DNA from: Acidobacteriota bacterium
Lineage (GTDB): Bacteria > Acidobacteriota > Thermoanaerobaculia > Multivoradales > UBA5704
Length of the DNA stretch: 16,833 nt
Assembly: GCA_040005235.1 (NCBI GenBank)
Contig: JBDTZG010000088.1
Span: 1 to 16,833, forward strand
Direction: 5' to 3'
The position numbers and the translations under genes were made by a program. The notes under the pieces were generated by a model. The model was not told where the DNA came from. It searched no databases and saw nothing but the letters and a program-made list of their open reading frames with translations. Below, in pieces: positions 1 to 5,961 of the stretch; within the stretch, counting starts at the first letter, position 1, and each line of letters begins with the position of its first letter.

Positions 1-341
1 TAGGAGAGAACCCGATCGGCCTTGGCCGCGAGCACGAAGTCGCTCTCGGTCAAGCCGTCGATCGAATGGGTCCAGAGGGTGATCCGGACCTTCCCCCAGG
101 TGAGGAAGAGGTCGGGGTGATGCCCCTCCTCTTCCGCCACTGCGCCCACCCGGTTGACGAACGCGAGGGCGGAGACGAAATCCGGAAACGCGTACTCCTT
201 TTCCAGATGATGGCCGGCGACCACCCGCCAGCCGTTGCCGTCGGCGCCAAGCCGGGCGGTGAGTTGGGCGAGTGCCGCCTCATCGAGCGGCGGAACGCCG
301 CCCTTGCACGGAACGCATTTCTGATCGGCCAGGTTGCTCAT
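1..341 (-). CDS. phhB: Pterin-4-alpha-carbinolamine dehydratase (~113 aa; stop codon TA(A/G) apparently cut by the window edge)
   Basis: Not in the ORF track. Manual minus-strand translation from ATG 341 gives MSNLADQKCVPCKGGVPPL...W...HHLEKEYAFPDFVSALAFVNRVGAVAEEEGHHPDLFLTWGKVRITLWTHSIDGLTESDFVLAAKADRVLS. It has the family hallmarks AE..HHPD and THxxxGLTxxDFxLA. A strong SD (GGAGGAGG) lies just upstream. Confidence 0.93.
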   Translation of the reverse strand, partial: MSNLADQKCVPCKGGVPPLDEAALAQLTARLGADGNGWRVVAGHHLEKEYAFPDFVSALAFVNRVGAVAEEEGHHPDLFLTWGKVRITLWTHSIDGLTESDFVLAAKADRVLS

Positions 342-365
342 GAATCCTCCTCCACCTTGGGGCTC

Positions 366-384
366 GTAGGGGCGGAGCCCCTAC
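366..384. repeat. Short GTAG-type palindrome/hairpin (GTAGGGGC-GGA-GCCCCTAC)
   Basis: Perfect 8-bp inverted repeat with a 3-nt loop in the gap between the PH-domain gene and phhB. It begins GTAG, as many REP sequences do. Confidence 0.5.
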
Positions 385-404
385 CGCCGACGCGATTTTT
401 TCTG

Positions 405-1013
405 TCATAGCGCGTCCACCAGCTCCGCGCGCTTCTTGGCAAACTCCGTCTCATTGATCAGCCCGTCGTCGAGCAGCTTTTTCAGCTCGCGTAGCCGGTC
501 GGCGCCCGAGACCGGCGCCGAGACGATCGGGCGCATCCGGCCGGAGCGCTCCTGGTCGGCCGCGGCGAGGATGGCGCTCTTGAATCCGATCGGGTTCGCG
601 ATGCGATGAAACGTCGTGGCGCCGTGCTCGCTCGCGGTATCGATCTCAAGATCGCCGTAGCCGAACATCCGGCCGGCAAAAGTCTGGAAGTGCTCGACGT
701 TGTTCACTTTGTCGAGGTAGGCGTCTTTCGAAGTCCGGGCGAGCAGGCCTTCCTGTTTGAGCACCCGCCGATCGGTGAGGACGTAGACGCTGCTCGCCAG
801 GCGCACCCAGCGCACCGCCGCCCAACCGCCCGCGGCGAGGGCGAGGACACCTCCCGCCAGGTACAAAAGAGGCTGCGCGAACAGCTTTCCTGCGACCCCA
901 CCGCCGAGCAGCGCGAGCGCGGTCAAGCCGAGCGGCACCACCAGCCCCCAGCGGCTCGGCCATGCGCGATGCAAGACGGTTTCACCGGGTTGGAGAGTCT
1001 TCTGCCATGCCAT
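405..1013 (-). CDS. Membrane protein with bacterial PH domain (bPH_2/YdbS-like) and C-terminal SHOCT domain (202 aa)
   Basis: Start at MAWQKTLQPGETVL (typical LxPGExV motif), two hydrophobic helices, then YVLTDRRVLKQEGLLART...KVNNVE..QT..GRMFGYGDLEIDTA (PH domain) and ADRLRELKKLLDDGLINETEFAKKRAEL (SHOCT). The ORF track's 18-codon upstream extension is unlikely to be coding. Confidence 0.88.
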   Translation of the reverse strand: MAWQKTLQPGETVLHRAWPSRWGLVVPLGLTALALLGGGVAGKLFAQPLLYLAGGVLALAAGGWAAVRWVRLASSVYVLTDRRVLKQEGLLARTSKDAYLDKVNNVEHFQTFAGRMFGYGDLEIDTASEHGATTFHRIANPIGFKSAILAAADQERSGRMRPIVSAPVSGADRLRELKKLLDDGLINETEFAKKRAELVDAL

Positions 1014-1020
1014 GGAAAGA

Positions 1021-1029
1021 ACTCTACCA
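1021..1029 (-). promoter_or_regulatory. Extended -10 promoter (TGG-TAGAGT) 7 nt upstream of ATG 1013; probable leaderless transcript
   Basis: The minus strand reads ttttTGGTAGAGTtctttccATG, with no SD. Confidence 0.55.
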
Positions 1030-1127
1030 AAAGGATCCCTTCCCCGGCGGGAATGTTCAACGCGCAACTAAATAGGCCTGAGAAAAGAAATTTCTTGGCT
1101 TGAGGCCTCCACTTTCGGCAACGGCTG

Positions 1128-1136
1128 TGTTACATT
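1128..1136 (+). promoter_or_regulatory. Extended -10 promoter (TGt-TACATT) for the LysM gene
   Basis: Close match to TGnTATAAT in an AT-richer intergenic region. A perfect palindrome AAGAAATTTCTT lies upstream at 1085-1096. Confidence 0.5.
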
Positions 1137-1212
1137 CCGATTTCGTATTCGACGTAGCCGGGCTCGCCTCGCGGCCCTTTTGGCGACAACCACCGGATCG
1201 AGAGGTCTTTCG

Positions 1213-2538
1213 ATGCCGCCCAGGATCGCACCGCGCCGTGCCCGGTTCACGGCAACTTTCTTTCTCGCCTCGCTGGCCTGCAGTACCCTCTCGCTCGAAA
1301 CCCTCTCCGCCCAGACGCTCCTCGGCTCCGCCGCGTCGATGGCGCGCCAGAACCGCGCCGCCGAGGACGAAGCCTTCACCTATCTGCGCAATCCCGAGGA
1401 CATTGAGGTCTTCGTCCGTCACGGCCTGCTGGTCTACGTGCCGGGCAACGGCGAATACCAGGTGGACGGCGCGTCGTTCCCCTACGCTCGACCGGAGGTC
1501 AAGCGCTTCCTCGAATGGATGGGTCACCTCGAACGCAGGAGCTGCGGCGAACCGCTGGTCGCCACCAGCCTGGTCCGGCCGAAGAGCCATCAGCCGTGGA
1601 ACGCCTCGATCCATTCGGTCCATCCGACCGGCATGGCGATGGACCTGCGGCGCAGCTTCCGCCGCGCCTGCAGCAGCCTGCTCGAAAGCACCCTCCTCGA
1701 CCTCGAAAGCCGCGGCATCCTGGAAGCGACCCGAGAGCGCTTCCCCGCCCACTACCACGTGGCACTTTTCCCCGAGGCGTTCGCCAGCTACCTGCTGGCG
1801 GTCGACGGCGGGCGCGAGCTGCCGCCGATCCAGACGGCGGCGTTGAGCGGACCGCCGGTCGATTCGATCGCCGAGTCGGCGCCCTCCCCCGGCTCCATCG
1901 TCTCCGGCAGCGAGTCGGCCCGCCGTGGCACCGCGGGCAAGAGCGCGGTCCACCGGGTACGACGCGGCGAAACGCTCACCCGGATCGCCCGCCACTACGG
2001 CGTCTCGGCCGATTCATTGCGCCGCGCCAATGGTCTGCGCGGGAGCGGCCTGTTCTCCGGCCAGAGCCTGCGCATCCCCGGCACGTCGGTCGCAGCCGCG
2101 TCGAGGCCCGCCGGCAAGATCTCCGTCCGCTGGTCGGGCACAAAGAGCGCGGCCGCCAAGGCGCTCACGGTGCGCGTGGGCCAGGGCGACACTTTGTCAA
2201 AGATCGCCAACCGCAACGGCACGACGGTGGCTTCCCTGCGCAAGGTGAACGGCCTCCGGGGCAGCACGGTCCACGCCGGGCAGCTGCTCAAGGTCCCGTC
2301 GTCGGGTTCTTCTTCACTCATCGCGAGCCGGAGCAGCCGGGCTTCCGGACATACCGCCAGCCGCACCGCCACGGCGAGCAGGCGGCATGCCACCAAGCGG
2401 GTACGGGTGGGGCGCGGCGAAACGCTCTGGCAGATCGCGCAGAGGAACGGCGTCTCGGTCGCGAGCCTCAAGAAGGCGAACGGCCTGCGCGGCGGCTCGG
2501 TCAAAGCCGGCCAGATGTTGTCGATTCCCGCGCGCTGA
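1213..2538 (+). CDS. Secreted DUF5715-like (M15/LAS-type Zn peptidase fold) protein with three LysM domains; probable peptidoglycan hydrolase (441 aa)
   Basis: N-terminal basic/hydrophobic signal peptide. Motifs TSLVRP, SVHPTGMAMD (SxHxxGxAxD) and AHYHV (HxH). Three LysM repeats at about 1951-2079, 2170-2298 and 2401-2529 (VxxGxTLxxIAxxxGxxxxxLxxxNGL...GQxLxxP). Confidence 0.85.
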   Translation: MPPRIAPRRARFTATFFLASLACSTLSLETLSAQTLLGSAASMARQNRAAEDEAFTYLRNPEDIEVFVRHGLLVYVPGNGEYQVDGASFPYARPEVKRFLEWMGHLERRSCGEPLVATSLVRPKSHQPWNASIHSVHPTGMAMDLRRSFRRACSSLLESTLLDLESRGILEATRERFPAHYHVALFPEAFASYLLAVDGGRELPPIQTAALSGPPVDSIAESAPSPGSIVSGSESARRGTAGKSAVHRVRRGETLTRIARHYGVSADSLRRANGLRGSGLFSGQSLRIPGTSVAAASRPAGKISVRWSGTKSAAAKALTVRVGQGDTLSKIANRNGTTVASLRKVNGLRGSTVHAGQLLKVPSSGSSSLIASRSSRASGHTASRTATASRRHATKRVRVGRGETLWQIAQRNGVSVASLKKANGLRGGSVKAGQMLSIPAR

Positions 2539-2616
2539 GGCCTCGTCTCCGGCAGGGCCGATTTCGGCCTACACTGTGACCGCGCCTTTCCAGCGCGTTC
2601 CCCTTGGAGGCCTCGC

Positions 2617-3396
2617 ATGCATCGCACCTTCCGATCCGCCCGTCCGCTCGTCTTCGCCCTCGCCGCCCTGGCTGCTTTGAGCGCCGGCTCGCTCGCCGCC
2701 TCCCCGCCCGAACAGCTCGCCGACCGTGTGCTCGATGCGATGGGCGGCAAGAAGGGGTGGGACGACACCCGCTTCCTTCACTTCACCTTCGCCGGCCGGC
2801 GCAGCCATTGGTGGGACCGCTACACCGGCCGCCATCGGGTCGAAGGGAAGACCAAGGAGGGGAAAGCCTTCGTGGTCCTCGAAAACATCAACACCAAAGA
2901 AGGCACTGCCTACCTGGACGGCCAGAAGCAGGAAGGCGAAGAGGCGGCGAAGCTCCTAGAGCTGGGTTACGGCACCTGGGTGAACGACACCTATTGGCTC
3001 TTGATGCCCTACAAGCTGCGCGACCCCGGCGTCCATCTCGCGCTCGACGGCGAAGAGACGATCGACGGCACGACCTACGACAAGCTGGCGGTCTCGTTCG
3101 ACCATGTGGGCCTGACGCCCGGCGACCACTATTGGGCCTACGTCAATCGCAAGACCGGGATCATGGACCGCTGGGCGTTCCGGCTCGAAGACACCAAGCC
3201 CGACGAGGCTCCCTCCGCCTGGCTCTGGCAGGGCTGGCAAAAATACGGCGGGATACTGCTCGCTCCGCACCGGGTACAGGTGGGCGGCGACCGCACGCTG
3301 GAGCTGGGCGAAATCTCGGTCGCCGCGATCCCCGACGCGACGTTCGATTCCCCCGCGCCGACCGCTCCGGCAGCCCCTCCGACCGCCGCGCAGTAA
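2617..3396 (+). CDS. Secreted hypothetical protein (DUF6503-like; 259 aa)
   Basis: SD GGAGG at 2606-2610 and a candidate -10 TACACT at 2570-2575. Sec signal peptide; motifs AMGG...W, NDTYWLLMPYKLRDPGV and GLTPGDHYWAYVN; Pro/Ala tail; strong GC3 codon bias. Confidence 0.75.
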   Translation: MHRTFRSARPLVFALAALAALSAGSLAASPPEQLADRVLDAMGGKKGWDDTRFLHFTFAGRRSHWWDRYTGRHRVEGKTKEGKAFVVLENINTKEGTAYLDGQKQEGEEAAKLLELGYGTWVNDTYWLLMPYKLRDPGVHLALDGEETIDGTTYDKLAVSFDHVGLTPGDHYWAYVNRKTGIMDRWAFRLEDTKPDEAPSAWLWQGWQKYGGILLAPHRVQVGGDRTLELGEISVAAIPDATFDSPAPTAPAAPPTAAQ

Positions 3397-3403
3397 AAGC
3401 GAG

Positions 3404-4291
3404 ATGATCGAGGCCGCTTCTCCCCCGCCGGCCCGGCGGATCGTCTCCCTCGTGCCGAACGGCACCGAGATCCTGTTCGCGCTCGGCGCGGGCGACCAGG
3501 TGGTGGGCGTGAGCCACGAGTGCGACTTTCCGCCCGCGGCGCGCGAACGGCCGATCCTCACCGGCAGCGCTCTCGCGGCCGATCTCGCTCCCGCCGAGAT
3601 CGACCGCGCGGTCTCGGCGCAGGTAGGAAATGGCCTCAGCCTCTACACCATCGACGAAGCCCTGCTCGCCCGGCTCGATCCCGACCTGATCGTCACTCAG
3701 GAGCTGTGTCCCGTCTGCGCCGTCAGCACCGAGCAGGTGGAAGGGGCGTTGGCGCCGCTCCCCCGTTGCCCGGACGTGCTGTCGCTCGACCCGCGCCGAC
3801 TTGCCGACGTGCTCGAAGACATCCGAAGCGTCGGCCGAGAAATCGGCAAAGAGCGAGAAGCCGCCGAGCTGGTGGAGGGATTAAAGTCCCGCCTCGCCGC
3901 GGTCGGTGGCCGCGCGGGCTTCCGGAGACCGCGGGTCCTCGCGCTCGAATGGCTGGAGCCGCCGTTCGCCGGAGGGCACTGGGTCCCCGAAATGATCGAA
4001 GCGGCGGGCGGAGAGGACGTCGCCGCCCAACCCGGCGACGGCTCGCGCCGGATGACCTGGTACGAAGTGGCCGCCCTCGACCCCGACCTGATCGTCGTCA
4101 TGCCCTGCGGTTTCGACGAAGCGGGAGCCCAGGCGCAGGTGGAGCGGATCGCAGGGACTCCGGAATGGACGGCGCTGCGAGCGGTACGGGAAGGACGGGT
4201 CTATCCTGTCGACGCCAACGGCTGCTTCAGCCGCCCGGGGCCACGTTTGGTCGACGGCATCGAACGGCTGGCGGAGATCTTTCGAGGCTGA
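3404..4291 (+). CDS. BtuF-like ('cobalamin-binding') helical-backbone substrate-binding protein without a signal peptide (295 aa)
   Basis: RIVSLVPNGTEILFALG, VVGVSHECDFP, PDLIVTQ, LEWLEPPFAGGHWVPEMIEAAGG, LRAVREGRVY and FSRPGPRLVDGIERLA are typical of the family. It starts 7 nt after the previous stop, suggesting an operon. Confidence 0.85.
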   Translation: MIEAASPPPARRIVSLVPNGTEILFALGAGDQVVGVSHECDFPPAARERPILTGSALAADLAPAEIDRAVSAQVGNGLSLYTIDEALLARLDPDLIVTQELCPVCAVSTEQVEGALAPLPRCPDVLSLDPRRLADVLEDIRSVGREIGKEREAAELVEGLKSRLAAVGGRAGFRRPRVLALEWLEPPFAGGHWVPEMIEAAGGEDVAAQPGDGSRRMTWYEVAALDPDLIVVMPCGFDEAGAQAQVERIAGTPEWTALRAVREGRVYPVDANGCFSRPGPRLVDGIERLAEIFRG

Positions 4292-4301
4292 GCGCTGTTC
4301 C

Positions 4302-4380
4302 CCGGGATCGCCGAGCACCAGCTCGGCTGCTTTGGCGATCGCGCCCGCTGCGGTGCCGAGCTGGTGCTCGGCGGTCCCGG
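4302..4380. repeat. REPIN-like element: two inverted 26-nt REP-like units separated by 27 nt
   Basis: 4302-4327 CCGGGATCGCCGAGCACCAGCTCGGC and 4355-4380 GCCGAGCTGGTGCTCGGCGGTCCCGG are reverse complements with 1 mismatch. Each unit contains its own hairpin, GCCGAGC-N4-GCTCGGC. Confidence 0.8.
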
Positions 4381-4400
4381 AAAAAGCATCTTTCGTCCGC

Positions 4401-4430
4401 TTGCCATCCGCCGCCCGGCGGAGATAGCCT
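4401..4430 (+). promoter_or_regulatory. Sigma70-like promoter TTGCCA-N18-TAGCCT, 9 nt upstream of ATG 4440
   Basis: -35 at 4401-4406 and -10 at 4425-4430. No convincing SD before the start. Confidence 0.5.
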
Positions 4431-4439
4431 CATAGGCAA

Positions 4440-5855
4440 ATGAGAATCTCAGCGCTCGCGCTCGTCGGTCTTGCCGCCGTCGGTCTCCTCGCCTCAGGCT
4501 CGCCGACGGAGGCGCAGGCCGTCCGCAGCGGTACGCTCCCCACTCCGCTGCCGCTTTTCCCCCCCGACAACTGGTGGAACGTGGACGTCTCGGCCGCACC
4601 GCTCGACACCAACAGCGCCTCCTACATTTCGTTTATCGGCACGACCCGGGCGCTCCATCCCGATTTCGGCGGCGACGAAGATCCGACCGATCCGAACAAC
4701 ACCAACATCTATGGCATGGTGTACGTCTCGGTCCCCGGCACTCAAGCCCTCCAGGCGGTGACGTTCGTCGAGTTCGGCAGCCAGAGCGACAACGGCTCGC
4801 CCGGCCGGCCGAACGGCTACCCCATCCCGACCGAGGCGCGCACTCAACCGCGCTGGATCGAAGGCGGACAGGCGGGAGGCGGCAGCAGCGACGACCATCA
4901 CATGCTGATCGTCGATCGCGACAACCGGATTCTTTATGAGCTCTATCACGCGTTTTGGAACCCCGCCCTCTCCCGATGGGAGGCCGGCTCGGGGGCGATC
5001 TACGCGCTCGACGCGAACGGCCGCCGGACGGAAGGCTGGACCAGCGCCGACGCCGGAGGGCTCGCGATCCTTCCCGGCCTGGTCCGTTACGACGAGGCGT
5101 TCGGCACGGTCCCGATCAAGCACGCCTTCCGCTTCACCGCCCGCGATTCCAACGGCCACGTCTACCCCGCGTCGCACACCGCCTGCAATACCTGCGCAGC
5201 CAACGCGCCGCCGATGGGCACGCGGCTGCGGTTGAAGGCGAGCGTCAACATCTCCGGATTTACCCCGGAGGTGCAGCGGATCTTTCAGGCGATGAAGACC
5301 TACGGGCTGATCCTCGCGGACAACGGCTCGGACATGTACATCCAAGGCGCCTACGACACGCGCTGGAACAACGACGTGCTGAACCCAGCGTTCGGGAGTC
5401 TCCACGGCTCCGATTTCGAAGTGATCCAACGCGGCTGGCGTCCGGCGGTCACGACCACGAGCGCCGCGATCCAGTTCCACACAGTGTCCCCCTGCCGCCT
5501 GCTCGACAGCCGCGATCCCTTCGGAGCCTGGGGCGGTCCGGCGCTGCCGCCGACGGCACAGCGGGTGATCCGCGCCACCGGCCGCTGCGGCATTCCGGCC
5601 ACGGCCAAGGCGATCTCGACCAACATCAGCATCGTCAACGCCGGCCAGGCCGGCCACCTCCGCTCCTTCCCCGGAGACTTCGACACCGCAGCGGTGCCGA
5701 ACGCCTTTCTGATCAACTTCGGAGCCGGCCAGACCCGCACGAACAACGCGATCCTCAAGCTCTCCGGTTCGGGGTCCGGCACCTTCGGCCTGCAAAACTT
5801 CACCACCTCGGCGTTCACCCATATCGTGGTGGATGTGAACGGCTGGTTCGAGTAG
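4440..5855 (+). CDS. Secreted hypothetical protein: conserved unknown N-terminal domain plus C-terminal 'TVxPCRLLDxR' surface-associated domain (471 aa)
   Basis: Signal peptide ending AQA. Motifs FPPDNWWNVDVS, HPDFG, DHHMLIVD, LYEL, WTSADAGGL.ILPGLVRYDE and YGLILADNG. A Thr/Ser linker precedes FHTVSPCRLLDSR...CGIPATAKA...HIVVDVNGWFE. Strong codon bias. Confidence 0.8.
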   Translation: MRISALALVGLAAVGLLASGSPTEAQAVRSGTLPTPLPLFPPDNWWNVDVSAAPLDTNSASYISFIGTTRALHPDFGGDEDPTDPNNTNIYGMVYVSVPGTQALQAVTFVEFGSQSDNGSPGRPNGYPIPTEARTQPRWIEGGQAGGGSSDDHHMLIVDRDNRILYELYHAFWNPALSRWEAGSGAIYALDANGRRTEGWTSADAGGLAILPGLVRYDEAFGTVPIKHAFRFTARDSNGHVYPASHTACNTCAANAPPMGTRLRLKASVNISGFTPEVQRIFQAMKTYGLILADNGSDMYIQGAYDTRWNNDVLNPAFGSLHGSDFEVIQRGWRPAVTTTSAAIQFHTVSPCRLLDSRDPFGAWGGPALPPTAQRVIRATGRCGIPATAKAISTNISIVNAGQAGHLRSFPGDFDTAAVPNAFLINFGAGQTRTNNAILKLSGSGSGTFGLQNFTTSAFTHIVVDVNGWFE

Positions 5856-5934
5856 GCGAGCGGAGGGCGCGAAAAGACCAGAAGATCGAAGAGTCGCGGG
5901 TTCCGCCATTGAGCTATGCTTCAGGTTCTCCCAC

Positions 5935-5961
5935 ATGGCTCCGATGGCTCAGATGGCTCCA
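5935..5961 (+). repeat. 9-nt tandem repeat x3 (ATGGCTCCG ATGGCTCAG ATGGCTCCA) encoding MAP-MAQ-MAP
   Basis: Seen directly at the start of the fusion gene; it supplies three in-frame ATGs. Confidence 0.85.

Noticed and set aside
1-8. TAGGAGAG at the window start recurring at 16756-16763 as a possible terminal direct repeat
   Set aside because: An 8-mer match is plausible by chance in 17 kb, the first copy is inside phhB, and the enclosed genes include housekeeping functions.
50-410. ORF-track entries 50..283 (-) and 66..410 (+)
   Set aside because: They are off-frame and antisense shadows of the real phhB frame (341 to 1), which the track missed because its stop codon is cut by the window edge.
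1951-2529. Repeated DNA segments as a CRISPR array or mobile repeat
   Set aside because: They are degenerate in-frame LysM domain repeats, with no constant-repeat/unique-spacer pattern and no cas genes.
3397-3403. Cobalamin riboswitch upstream of the BtuF-like gene
   Set aside because: The gap is only 7 nt, and the 78-nt gap before the 2617 gene shows no B12-box.
4494-5936. 480-aa antisense ORF, and similar long antisense or alternate-frame ORFs (1057..1995, 4955..6295, 8700..9659, 11744..12802, 13897..15153)
   Set aside because: They overlap genes with clear motifs, have no domains of their own, and are expected in high-GC DNA where stop codons are scarce.
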